A stretch of DNA of 32,000 bases from contig NC_010628.1 of the NCBI RefSeq assembly GCF_000020025.1, positions 2,400,001 through 2,432,000 on the forward strand. Direction: 5' to 3'. The notes under the pieces are model-generated. The model made no database searches. It was not told where the DNA came from and was given only the letters and a program-made list of their open reading frames with translations. This document shows positions 1-9,784 of the stretch, one piece after another; the first letter of the stretch is position 1, and each line of letters begins with the position of its first letter. The position numbers and the translations under genes were made by a program. The DNA comes from Nostoc punctiforme PCC 73102. GTDB lineage: Bacteria; Cyanobacteriota; Cyanobacteriia; Cyanobacteriales; Nostocaceae.

Positions 1-1117
1 TTTGGATCTAATCTAGCTTCAACTTCTAATCCTTGTGTGGTGGTAGTATTGCGAATTAGATTAATCACAACTTGCAAGCTAGTTAATGGTCTGCCTCGCC
101 AGTTTTGGGTAATGTGACAAAACAAGCGATGCTCAATCTTATTCCATTTACTTGTGCCTGGAGGAAAATGACACACATGAATAGTTTTACCAGTATCAGT
201 TGCTAATTCTTGTAACTTCAATTTCCACAATCGTGAGCGATAACTATTGCTACCACCGCAATCAGCCGTAATCATTATATGCTCACTGCTGGGATAAACT
301 TGTTTACCCATTGAGTACCACCAATGACGAATAGACTCGACTGCAAACTCTGCGGTATCGTGGTCAATGCCAACATTTACCCATCCTTGATTTGAGGTTA
401 AGTCATAAATTCCGTAGGGAATTGCCTTGCCCAACTTGGGGTCAACAAAATCATGCATTTTCACCTCAATTGGCTGTTCCTTTTCACACCACTCGGTTCC
501 AGAATTTTTAAAATCTCCAATTAATTCTTTTTTTTTGTATCAACTGAAATTACGGGTTCGTTCTGGGATTGAAAGTGCAAGACTTGGTTGGAAATATGTA
601 AAAACTGATCATCTCTATCTGGATGAGATGAGCCATCACGGGTTTTACGATTTGATTGTAAGCTGTAGCCAAGCGATTCAAGTAAGTTATAAACACTTTT
701 AGGACTAGTCCTATGTCCCCCAATGTTTAATGCCGCAGCCAGTTTCACAACACTTTTAGAAGTCCATTTTAGAGGAGATTCTGGGTCTCCCAGTGTCACT
801 GGTTCAATCAGCGATTCTAAATCTGATAGCAGCATTGCGTCTTTTTCTTCAAGTAGTTTACGTCCAGCACCTGACGAACGAATTCGATTACTATCATCAT
901 TCGAGGTTTTTTCCCCCGAAGCGTCTAACAATAACCGTATCCCAGCATGGATTGTAGTCCGGGATAGTCCAGTTGCGAGCGCAACCTGACTCACGCCTCC
1001 CCAGCCCAGGCTTCGGGCTTCAATTGCTGCCCAAATACGCCGTGTTTTCTCATTCAAATAAGGCGATAACGAATCGTACTTGTCTTGAATGCTTTCTACT
1101 ACCTGCTTATCAGACAT
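1..1117 (-). pseudogene. ISAzo13-family DDE transposase, split by a frameshift in a 9-nt A/T homopolymer (528-536); 3' end runs off the window
   Basis: ORF 521..1117 ends ...ISVDTKKKN*. Shifting one base at the A9 run continues as KKELIGDFKNSGTEW...ITADCGGSNSYRSRLWK...HVCHFPPGTSKWNKIEHRLFCHITQNW down to base 1. This is the typical ISAzo13-type sequence as I recall it. Confidence 0.85.
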
Positions 1118-1200
1118 ATAAGCCTTTAATTCGGTTACATTCTGATCATCTTACCATTCAGCAAATTGTTCAAGTTATTTTTACATGATGCCTAAGAAAA

Positions 1201-1281
1201 GGCAGCTATGCTGGAGGGAACGATAGTTGCATAGCTTGAGAAGCTTATATAATAAGGGTTCCAAAGTACAGCATAGCTGCC
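1201..1281. repeat. Long-spacer inverted repeat GGCAGCTATGCTG / CAGCATAGCTGCC with an inner mini-hairpin AGCTTgagAAGCT; possibly the IS end region or a structured RNA
   Basis: 13-bp perfect complementary arms at 1201-1213 and 1269-1281, read directly. Lies about 85 bp upstream of the ISAzo13 transposase start. Confidence 0.6.
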
Positions 1282-1320
1282 CTCTGCCTCCTGCCTCATC
1301 ATCCCAACAAACACCATTTT

Positions 1321-1333
1321 TTAGTGCCATTCG
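1321..1333 (+). repeat. Isolated tip (TTAGTGCCATTCG) of the AATGGCACTNAG-ended repeat family
   Basis: TTAGTGCCATTCGcTACT matches 26441-26458 (TTAGTGCCATTCGgTACT) at 17 of 18 positions. Confidence 0.4.
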
Positions 1334-1756
1334 CTACTTGCCCGTCGTGCGGTAGCCGCCCTCTTTCTGCATTCGTTCGACTGCAAGAGCATCAGCAAGC
1401 GGAGTGATGAACGCATCAAATTATTTGATTTTAACTGGAAAGCTTGTTCCGCCTTCGTTAAAAAACAGCGATACGTTTTTATTCTGATTCACAAAATTTT
1501 TAGCGATCGCCATGCTTATTTGCCGACAATCAAGTATATCAGGAAGAAAACATACTAATCGTCTTGATAACCTCGATCGGCTAACAGTAAAATCTGCGCT
1601 TTTTTTAAAACACGAGCAGAATTTTTACCTGGAGAATTTCTAAATATCCATTCGTATACCTCAATACCTTAGCCAAAATAAGAGGATGAGGAGAGAGGGC
1701 CGATGTAGTAGAGTTATTGTCTCTCACAACGACAACTCAAAAACCACAATCAGCCC

Positions 1757-1812
1757 ATGTCAGATATCTTATCACTGCTACAATGCTTGCTACCGCAGAT
1801 AAACGCTACGAC
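1757..1812 (+). pseudogene. About 19-codon 5' stub of another transposase (MSDILSLLQCLLPQINATT), cut by the ISAs1 insertion
   Basis: The N-terminal peptide resembles cyanobacterial IS4/IS701-like transposase starts, from memory only. The ORF stops being interpretable at the ISAs1 inverted repeat (1813). Confidence 0.3.
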
Positions 1813-1817
1813 CAGGG

Positions 1818-2938
1818 CTATTTCATTCTAAAAAGCTGCTTGAGTGTGTCTAGTCCAAAAGAACATAAACGTTGAGCTTGTGCCATATTTTCAAACATAT
1901 TACTGCGATATAAATTAAGTGAAAAATTGCGAGCAAGCACAAAAATTTGAGGAAGAGGAGTAGTGCGAATTCTAGATTTATCTTCGCCTTGAGTAACGTC
2001 TCGAACATAGTGGACTTTATTCTCAACACCCCAATATCCTCTGATACGTTCAGCAAAGGCTTGCACCGTTTCGCTTAAAGATGAAATATAATAACGGGTT
2101 TCATTAGTTACTTCAATCACATTGTGTGAAAACCTGACGCTCTGATTTGACTTTAATCAAAGTGGTAAGTCCAGGCCAAGGACGAATACCATCGAGATTT
2201 TTACAAATACTGACATGACGCTTTTCGATTCGACCATGCCCTTTATTTATCTGCTCATAAGCCAATTCTGGCGTGAAATTTGTTTTGACATCTTTGAATA
2301 AGTTAAGCTGATTGCCTTTTAAGGCGGCAATATAATCATTCCCACTATTTATAATCAACTCACAAGTTTTTTTGAGTATTAATAGCATCAAAAGCAAAGA
2401 TAACCCCATTGAGAGCCAGTTTGGAAATCAACTCAGGTAAAGCAATAATATCATTAGTTTTGGCATCAACTTGAAATGGCTCTAAAATTAAGCCTCGCTC
2501 AACAATATAAGAACTAACTAACATCATCGCTGGATGCGAATCCGAGTTAGGGTTATCATTTTCAATCTGATATGAACCCTTGAGGACTTTACCATCTAAC
2601 CCAACAGTTTCTCCAGTATTTGGTTGTACATTAAAGAATTTGCTCAGACATACGGAATAATCTTCGTAATCTACGTGTAATAAGGCACGACGTACAGTGC
2701 TATAAGATGGTAGTCTATTTTTTGGCGGTTGAAAAAGTTCAATCCACGGCTCACGGTAGCTTGAAATCCAGTCTCCAATTGCTAAAAATCCTTTGTTCCC
2801 TGCTGCGATGCCTACGGCGGGCTGCGCCTACGCCAATGTGAAAAGTGCCAAAGATAATGGTAGATTATGTCTCTGTCCGGCGCGGCGACGGGGGTCTTTT
2901 AGACCTGCAAAAGCTTTGATAATTTCGATTTCAGACAC
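1818..2938 (-). pseudogene. ISAs1-family transposase, decayed (in-frame stop from a 21-nt insertion plus frameshifts)
   Basis: N-terminus VSEIEIIKAFAGLKDPRRRAGQRHNLPLSLALFTLA*. Middle is ORF 2113..2409 and C-terminus is ORF 1818..2120 (...YWGVENKVHYVRDVTQGEDKSRIRT...). Confidence 0.85.
2810..2830 (+). repeat. 21-nt insertion GCCTACGGCGGGCTGCGCCTA sitting exactly inside a HIP1 octamer (GCGAT|CGC)
   Basis: Removing 2810-2830 restores GCGATCGC and the in-frame transposase peptide TLAIAAGNKG. With the insert present, the minus frame reads L A * A Q P A V G I A A. Confidence 0.8.
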
Positions 2939-3013
2939 GGTAATAGATGCTTGAAGTAGAACTGGCGCTGCACCTTACCATATCGCGTCTACATTTACAA
3001 TGAAATAGCCCTG

Positions 3014-4916
3014 TCGGTATTGCCTGGATTGATGGAGAACTCGAACCAGGAGAACAAGAATTTTTGCAATCTATGGCAAATGAGAAAGGGCTAGCTGACG
3101 ATCCGGAAATTAAATCCTTATTATCGCCAGATTTACCAGTACAACCGGAAGAATGTTATAGCTGGTTACAAGCTTATTTAAAAAATCATAGTTCAGACAA
3201 AGATTTTCAGGAATTGTATCAAGTCCTGAACTCGTTGATGTACAGTGATGGGGAATTAGATAGCCAGGAAAAGGAACTTTTAGCAGAGCTTGTCAACGCA
3301 AAAGTAGAGAACGTCCCAAGTTACCAACTGACTCTAAAGTGTCGATTTATGAGCATGATGCTTAATAGCAAATTTCTGGCAAGCGTAGTTCAGATGAAGC
3401 AATCATCTGTTGTTAATCAAACAGCTTTAGTTACTGGGTACTATACTCGTGTTCCCTACCAAGTTTTAAGCCGTTTTAGCGTTAACGAAAATAACAAAGC
3501 AATTAATTACGAATTATCAAAGCTATATTTAACTGATAATTTCGCACCAATACACCAAGAGATATTTGCTGAAAATTTAGCAGTTATTGGCAAACTACCT
3601 GAAGAATTACAAGGAACCTTTCTGCGTAACGGGCCGAACCTTCAATTTCAACCACTTGGGCTATATCATTGGTTTGATGGGGATGGAATGCTTCATGCAG
3701 TAACTATTAACAATGGTCGTGCCAGTTATCGTAATCGTTATATTCGCACACAAGGGTTTGAGTTAGAACAAAGTCTAGGTAGAGCAGTTTGGCCAGGGTT
3801 GCTAAATCTTCCTCGGTTTGATGCTCCATACGGGTTGATGATGAAAAATCCTGCCAATATATCCTGTGTGTGGCATAACGGGCAGCTACTTGCTCTGTGG
3901 GAAGCAGGCGCACCTCATATTATCCAGCTTCCAGATTTAGAAACCCTTGGGGTACAAACTTTTAATAACAAACTCGCTTCTACCTTCACCGCACATCCAA
4001 AAGTAGATCCGGTAACAGGTGAAATGATGTTTTATGGTTTTGCACCCATCGCTCCACCTTATTTAGAATACAGTGTTGTTTCCGCAGATGGTGAACTAAA
4101 GCAAACTGTACCTATTGACCTACCAGTGCCAGTGATGATACATGATTTCGCCATCACCGAAAACTATATGATTTTTCTGGATATGCCTTTGTTATTTAAA
4201 CTAATGCAATCAATAACAGGTCATTTACCAATTAAATTCGAGCCAAAACGCAAAAGCCGTATTGGTATCTTACCTCGCCACGGAGATAACAGAACAATTC
4301 GTTGGTTTGAAGTTCCAAGTTGCATGGTTATTCATACTGCTAATGCTTATGAAGATGGTAAGGAGGTTGTACTCATAGCCTGCCGTATGGACTACTTTAA
4401 TCTGTTAATTCCTTCTTATAGTGATAGTGGTGAAATCACAAATTTTGATTTGGAAACTCTAAAATTATTTTGCTGGCGAATTAACTTGGTGACGGGTGTA
4501 GTCAAACAAGAGGTTTTAGATGATGTTCCTTCAGAATTTCCTCAAATTAACAACCAATTTATCGGTCGCAAAAGTCGTTATATTTATACTTCACGAGTAG
4601 CACCATATATGAAACCAAAACCTGTATTTGATGGTTTAATCAAATACGATTTAGGAACTAATAACTCCCAGAGACACGAATTTGGACGAGGACGCTTTGG
4701 TGGTGATACTACCTTTGTATCTCGTCCAGGTGCAACCGCTGAAGACGATGGTTGGTTGCTAACAATGGTCTGGGATACGGTGTGGTCAAGCAATCTGAGT
4801 TACTGATTATTGAAGCCCAAAACTTCATATCTGAACCAGTAGCGCGGGTAATTATGCCTGGGCGCGTCCCTTACGGTTTCCATGCTACCTGGATTTCTTC
4901 TGTTGCAATGGCTTAA
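3014..4916 (+). pseudogene. TerB-like N-terminal module fused to a carotenoid cleavage oxygenase (RPE65/CCD family); 5'-truncated by ISAs1 and frameshifted near 4775-4790
   Basis: The frame is open from the IS junction (VGIAWIDGELEPGEQEFLQ..., then SDGELDSQEKELLAELV, which are TerB-like DGxL..E motifs). CCD motifs are HWFDGDGMLHAV, FTAHPKVDP, MIHDFAITENY. After ...GWLLTMVWDTV the expected tail QSELLIIEAQNFISEPVARVIMPGRVPYGFHATWISSVAMA* lies in another frame and ends at 4916. Confidence 0.8.
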
Positions 4917-4930
4917 CCGACAAGCTCACT

Positions 4931-4976
4931 AGCACCAGCATGAAACCGAAGCAAAAACTTGTCTTTTGTTGGTGCT
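4931..4976 (+). terminator. Possible stem-loop terminator after the CCD gene
   Basis: AGCACCAgCA ... TGtTGGTGCT arms (7+2 bp) followed by only TTT. This is weak. Confidence 0.3.
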
Positions 4977-4990
4977 TTAACTCGAAATAG

Positions 4991-5035
4991 AATGGCACTA
5001 AGAAAAGCCGAAACGCCTGTGGGTTAAGCAGTGCC
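4991..5035 (+). repeat. Short or degenerate copy of the AATGGCACTNAG-ended MITE-like family (left end well conserved)
   Basis: AATGGCACTAAGAAAAGCCGAAAC matches 26353-26376 (AATGGCACTCAGATAAGCCGAAAG) at 21 of 24 positions. An imperfect partner GTTAAGCAGTGCC lies at 5023-5035, and another AATGGCAC at 5037-5044. Confidence 0.5.
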
Positions 5036-5275
5036 CAATGGCACATCGCCTTTGCGGGAGGTGGTTGGCGATAGTTACTATTAGAAAATTATTAGCAAAC
5101 TCTCTCATGCGTTAACGTGAGTTCGACGGATAGAAAAGCCCAGAAAGGTTGCTAGATATGAATTTGCTCAACTGGGCAGCCCATAAAGCGATCGCTAAGA
5201 TTGATTGAGAATGAGCAAAAAAATTACAAAAAAATGCCGAGACTAAAAATATCTAAGGAAAATGAGGTCTCGGCT

Positions 5276-5365
5276 ATGTCTACGATTGTATCTCACCTCG
5301 ATATCGTACAAATCTTCTGTGACGTAGATGATTTTTGCAACCAGTGGGAGAACTTGTGGCAACAA
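5276..5365 (+). pseudogene. IS982-family transposase, 5' fragment only
   Basis: MSTIVSHLDIVQIFCDVDDFCNQWENLWQQV carries the IFCxxDDFC motif that I associate with IS982 transposase N-termini. There is no continuation. Confidence 0.45.
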
Positions 5366-5496
5366 GTCTTGATAGAGCGCTTCCCAGTTCGGAAATTCTC
5401 GTTTGGTCATCATTAGTTACCTTTTCTATTGATAGGTGAATATAATAGCTAAGATGTCTTCCAAAAACTCAAGTGATTAAAGTCAGCTAAATTGCT

Positions 5497-6105
5497 TTAT
5501 GCTTTTGGCATGGTAGAGTAAACAGATTGACGTTGATGCAATAGCTCAAACCATTGCCTCAATTTAGGATACTCTTGCTGCCAATTATGGCCAAATCTGA
5601 GGCTGTAGTAACCCAACCCTGATATAGCTGCAACATCAACAGCACTCACAGTTTCATTGAATAGGTAGGCTGAGTTAGTCAATTTTTGCTCAAAAACACC
5701 TAAAAGGCGATTAATGCTGGACTGATATTTAGCTTGGGTGGCAAAATCAGCTTGATTTCCTTTACGGGTTTCATACCACAATGCCACAATATTGTCTATC
5801 AAACTGTCTGCTAACTCTTCCCCCTGACGACAGCACAAACGCTCAATGCGATCGCCTGGATAAAAACTCGGCTGAGGATAAGTCTCGTCTAGATACTCCA
5901 CAATCAGCGTTGAATCCCAAAAAACGAGGTCATTTTCATCTACCAATACCGGAACTTTCCCAATGGGAGATAAACTTAAGAATTCTGGAGATTTATTGTT
6001 AATGTCTGTTTCTTTGGGTTCGTAAGGTAGCTGCTTCTCTGCCAGGACAATTCTCACTTTACGAGCGTAAGGTGAACGCTGTGCATAGTATAAGATTCGC
6101 GCCAT
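5497..6105 (-). CDS. Glutathione S-transferase family protein
   Basis: 202-aa ORF with an N-terminal thioredoxin-like GST fold signature (ILYYAQRSPYARKVRIVLAEK...GKVPVLVD...WDSTLIVEYL) and a helical C-terminal domain. Confidence 0.9.
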   Translation of the reverse strand: MARILYYAQRSPYARKVRIVLAEKQLPYEPKETDINNKSPEFLSLSPIGKVPVLVDENDLVFWDSTLIVEYLDETYPQPSFYPGDRIERLCCRQGEELADSLIDNIVALWYETRKGNQADFATQAKYQSSINRLLGVFEQKLTNSAYLFNETVSAVDVAAISGLGYYSLRFGHNWQQEYPKLRQWFELLHQRQSVYSTMPKA

Positions 6106-6200
6106 ATCGCTGCTATAAATTCAGTATTGTGATTTCCTATTTTAAATCTAATTTTGAATTGATGAAGGCAAACAAGCGGCTACAAAACCGCAGGTGAATA

Positions 6201-6281
6201 ACCCTAAAGTACCTCCGAAGAGTCTATGTTGATGAGTCTGGCATGGATAAACGCTCTGAGCTTGGGCTATGGATACTTTAG
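6201..6281 (+). pseudogene. IS630-family transposase remnant
   Basis: The short frame LKYLRRVYVDESGMDKRSELGLWIL* contains the YVDESG(M/F)D catalytic-region motif. The surrounding sequence is degenerate. Confidence 0.35.
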
Positions 6282-6483
6282 AGTTGATTGGTTGAAGCCT
6301 TTATGAAACAGCACAAAGCTTAATTGTGGAATTTGATTGATGTAGGTCTGCTGCCACTTAGAAAAATTGCGAACTACGAATTGGTCAGTCACCGGAAGCC
6401 ATATTTGTGGCAGCTTGCAAGGAGGGAGGAGGCCGGAGATGCGACGGTATCCGATGTGCGCGAGACTCCCGCTTTTTCAGCGA

Positions 6484-6807
6484 TTACAAAGCATCCGTGC
6501 GATGTATGGATTCAATCAACTCCTCAACTTCTTCTTCGTCCAGACATTGTTTCACTTGGGTGCAGAACCACTTGAATTCTTCCAGTTCTGTGTCCTTGAC
6601 TTGGTAGACCAGTAATGTTCCTGCAACGCGGGCAAGAGTAAGAGGTGATGGAGAAACGTGGCTCAGTAGATCGCACGCATTCTGGTATATTTCCATGACT
6701 GATAATTCGTCCAAAGGAGATCCCAACTGAGCAGAAAGCTGTTTTAGATTCTCCTGAATAGATGAATGGAAGCCTGGATCTTCGGGATGGGAAAGAGGGT
6801 TACTCAT
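6484..6807 (-). CDS. Hypothetical protein (107 aa, acidic, helical-looking)
   Basis: Only the ORF itself supports this. I recognise no family and there is no clear Shine-Dalgarno sequence. Confidence 0.4.
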   Translation of the reverse strand: MSNPLSHPEDPGFHSSIQENLKQLSAQLGSPLDELSVMEIYQNACDLLSHVSPSPLTLARVAGTLLVYQVKDTELEEFKWFCTQVKQCLDEEEVEELIESIHRTDAL

Positions 6808-7649
6808 AATTGTCGTTCAAATGCCATTGGATTGGGACTGGAAGCAATGTGTTGAATTGAGTTACTCTTTTGGGTTAACTCGTAGACATCGTTTCTGTCT
6901 GGCTGTTCATTTGGCTGTCAGCGTTGCTGCTGTTTGCGCTCTAGCAACTCCAAGGGAACATAAACATTCATTTCAAAACCTTGTTAGTTGCTTTGCGTCT
7001 AAGTTTTGTAGCCTCCTGATGACTTTCTAGAATTGTGGCACAAACTTCACGCCACTAAATGCTTTGAGATTTAAAAACCGACGACTTGGAAACTCAGCAA
7101 CGAGACGATTAGGTACATCATACTCCCACTTAGAAGCTGCACCATTCCACCACCTTTGCCCCGGTAACTCTCACATGGGGAGTTCAAGCTACTCATCACG
7201 TCATGCCTTTGGTTTCCACTGTTGTTGTAAGGCTCGAATCAAAATCGGTTCGGAAAAATTTGCCTTTTATTCTCTTGCAACCACCGCATATAGTCAATTG
7301 TGCTTCTAAGTGTATTTTCTAAACATAAGTGCAAGCTTCTAGAGATATTTGAACTTCTTCCTTGCGAAAAGCTTACCCCAATGGCTAGCAATGCGCTTCG
7401 CACAAGCTTGAATATCTCGCACTCAACTGAGCCTTATGACTAAAACCACACGCTTAATACATCTCCCAAATAATCAGCAATTCCCATCAAATTCTAACAA
7501 GCCACTTGGTAAGCCTAACAGTCTCTCGTGAATCCACCTTTTTCGCCACCATTTATTTTTATTTACGCTTTGAAAAAAATTATTTGTAACCGTTAGACTA
7601 TCGTATAATGACTGATTAATAGTTACAAACTACGCACAATGTCTTAACT

Positions 7650-8405
7650 ATGAATGAATTCAATAATCTAGGAATAATTGAAAAGTTTATCAATACAGTG
7701 ATGAGGGTAAAAACTGGCAATCAACAACGGTATCCAAATACATCAATAGCTACGATACAAGAACTAGATATCAGAGTAGTTTTAGTTTATACGCTAGGAA
7801 CTCTTCTACAAATCGTAGTCATGATTTTCGTGTTGCTGGTCATGGAAAAATTAGTAATACTGATTGATAATAATTCTTCTTTTCCTAGTTGGTTTAGCAC
7901 TTTATTTACTGGATTACTTTTTGCTGTATTAAGTATCCGTTCCCGATTTTTTTCTCTTTTAGATAATACTCGTTCTCGTCAGACTTACGATCAGGTAATC
8001 AGACCAAGATGGTCTCCTCCACCTTTAGTATTTCCCATAGTTTGGATGGTAATCGCCGTTTTACGGGTAATTTATTCTGTATTGGTTTGGCAGCAGATGA
8101 ATCACCAATTTTTAGTGCTGCCTTTAATTTTGTTTGTGGTGCATCTGGCTTTAGGGGATACTTGGAATACAATTTTTACTGTAGAACGGAGATTAGGCGC
8201 TGCTGTCCCTGTAGTTATTTTAGGCCCTTGGTTATCTGCTGTAGTGGTGACGGTTATTTATTGGCAAACTAATCCTGTAGCGGGAATGACTTTATCATTT
8301 TCTTGTGTATGGTTAACTGTCGCTGCTGTATTGGTATTTAGAATTTGGCAATTAAATGGCTCGGAGCCATTGTATCCTTTAAAATTAACGCCTGTGGAGA
8401 AATAA
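7650..8405 (+). CDS. tspO: TspO/MBR (tryptophan-rich sensory protein) family membrane protein with an ~80-aa N-terminal extension; true start may be internal (M59/M66)
   Basis: RPRWSPPPLVFPIVWMVIAVLRVIY, LALGDTWNTIFTVERR and the Trp-rich TM helices are typical of TspO. The extension contains one extra hydrophobic segment. Confidence 0.8.
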   Translation: MNEFNNLGIIEKFINTVMRVKTGNQQRYPNTSIATIQELDIRVVLVYTLGTLLQIVVMIFVLLVMEKLVILIDNNSSFPSWFSTLFTGLLFAVLSIRSRFFSLLDNTRSRQTYDQVIRPRWSPPPLVFPIVWMVIAVLRVIYSVLVWQQMNHQFLVLPLILFVVHLALGDTWNTIFTVERRLGAAVPVVILGPWLSAVVVTVIYWQTNPVAGMTLSFSCVWLTVAAVLVFRIWQLNGSEPLYPLKLTPVEK

Positions 8406-8482
8406 ATACCCAAAATTCACCAAGACAAGAAAGCAAGGAAAAATATCACTTGACTTTTGAGTACCACATTCAACATATATAA

Positions 8483-8515
8483 AAAACGGTAGATTCTTAA
8501 TCTCTCTACCGTTTT
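8483..8515. terminator. Bidirectional intrinsic terminator between convergent tspO and the kinase gene
   Basis: Perfect 11-bp stem AAAACGGTAGA / TCTACCGTTTT with an 11-nt loop. A/T runs form the stem ends on both strands. Confidence 0.6.
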
Positions 8516-8794
8516 GTAAACTCTTAAATTTGAGACTTAATTAAATGAAAATAGCACTCTTCTACCGTTGTGAATACTCCCTCGCTTATAACTAGTTCTA
8601 AAGTTTTTTTAGAAGTGAAGGTAAAAGTATTTACCATTGTTAATTACTTGCCGTATCTCTTCACACATTGGGTATTCACCTACCCACTCAACCTTACATA
8701 AGCTTTAGATCCGGTGAATGCAATTCCCTAGCTGGTTGCGAACGCTTATACTACTGGCAGAAAATTTGACCCCTTAAAACTTTTCAAACACCCT

Positions 8795-9784
8795 CTAAGC
8801 ACTAACTAATGCCTTTAATTCCTCAGTTTTTAATCTTGGCCCATAGGATGTAACAATCTTAGAAGCTGCGGTCGATGCTAATTTTCCGGCTTCTTCATAG
8901 CTCATACTTTGGGTAATTCCATAGAGAAAAGCTCCTGCATACATATCTCCTGCTCCTACTGTATCTATAGCTTTTACTTGAGGTGCAGCGATTTCGATTA
9001 ATTCCTGACCGTCAAATACTACTGAACCCTTGGAACCGCGAGTAATGGCAAATTTCTTACTCAAGGTTTTTAGTTTGTCTACAGCTACTTGAAAATCTTG
9101 TGTATCTGCTAGTTCTAATGCTTCACTTTCATTAGCAAAAATCAAATCTAAACCAGGCCCAATGATATCTAATAACCCATCTTTAAAAAATTTCACCATG
9201 TTGTAATCAGATAAGGACATGGCGGTTTTTACACCTGCTTTTTCAGCTATTTCTCTAGCCTTTATAGCTGCTTCTTTTGCTGTGGGAGAAGTCACTAAAT
9301 ACCCTTCTATATATATGTATTCTGAATCAGCAAGCGCTGATGATACTAGTTCTTGTGTAGAAAATTTTTCAGTAATTCCCAAAAATGTATTCATGGTGCG
9401 ATCTGCATCAGGAGTTACTAACACCAAACATTTGCCTGTAATTCCTGATTGACGGTCGCCATTTTTTAAGTTGGTATCTACCTGAGAGTTGAGTAAATCT
9501 TCGATGTAAAAGTCTCCAAATTCATCATTAGCCACTTTACATGAATAAAAAGCTTTTCCTCCTAATTGACTAATTGCCACCATTGTGTTCGCTGCTGAAC
9601 CTCCACAACTCTTATGGCAATGAAGATTTTTGAGATTTTCCAAAATATGATTTTGACTGTCTTCATCTAGCAGTGTCATTACACCTTTGTCAATCTTTAG
9701 CTCTTGTAGTAACTCTGGAGATACTTCGTATTCTATATCTACTAAGGCATTACCTACACCATAAACATCATATTTCTTGCCCAT
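8795..9784 (-). CDS. Adenosine kinase-like PfkB-family carbohydrate/nucleoside kinase
   Basis: 329-aa ORF with GGSAANT and the PfkB signature DTVGAGDMYAGAFLYG. The N-terminus YDVYGVGNALVDIEYEV is typical of bacterial adenosine kinases. Confidence 0.85.
   Translation of the reverse strand: MGKKYDVYGVGNALVDIEYEVSPELLQELKIDKGVMTLLDEDSQNHILENLKNLHCHKSCGGSAANTMVAISQLGGKAFYSCKVANDEFGDFYIEDLLNSQVDTNLKNGDRQSGITGKCLVLVTPDADRTMNTFLGITEKFSTQELVSSALADSEYIYIEGYLVTSPTAKEAAIKAREIAEKAGVKTAMSLSDYNMVKFFKDGLLDIIGPGLDLIFANESEALELADTQDFQVAVDKLKTLSKKFAITRGSKGSVVFDGQELIEIAAPQVKAIDTVGAGDMYAGAFLYGITQSMSYEEAGKLASTAASKIVTSYGPRLKTEELKALVSA

Larger units (their letters stand above)
1813..3013 (-). mobile_element. ISAs1-family insertion sequence (1201 bp) with 15-bp terminal inverted repeats CAGGGCTATTTCATT
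   Basis: IR at 1813-1827 and its reverse complement at 2999-3013. The interior encodes an ISAs1 / H-repeat-type transposase in three frame pieces. The two flanks are unrelated gene fragments. Confidence 0.85.

Noticed and set aside
1440-1513. Minus-strand start MAIAKNFVNQNKNVSLFFNEGGTSFPVKIK*, followed in another frame by FDAFITPLADALAVERMQKEGGYRTTGK*.
   Set aside because: It is probably a small frameshifted gene remnant, but the family is not recognisable and it is shorter than 60 aa.
3028-3050. A GGTTCGAG-like string on the minus strand that resembles a tRNA T-arm.
   Set aside because: The flanking bases cannot form the 5-bp T-stem or an acceptor stem. The stretch is in-frame coding sequence (DGELEPGEQ) of the TerB-like module.
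5240-5414. 58-aa minus-strand ORF starting MMTKREFPNWEALYQDLL.
   Set aside because: Only the first ~18 codons look like a genuine gene start, possibly a methyltransferase-like one. The remainder is the antisense of the IS982 fragment, so the ORF is a chimeric stub.
7030-7320. Minus-strand peptide fragments in three frames (..DYMRWLQENKRQIFPNRF*, ..PILIRALQQQWKPKA*, ..WWNGAASKWEYDVPNRLVAEFPSRRFLNLKAF..), suggesting a decayed gene. Also the + ORFs 6821..7030 and 7064..7309.
   Set aside because: I could not assign any family or a consistent frame order. The + ORFs have low-complexity, Cys/Ser-rich, non-protein-like composition.
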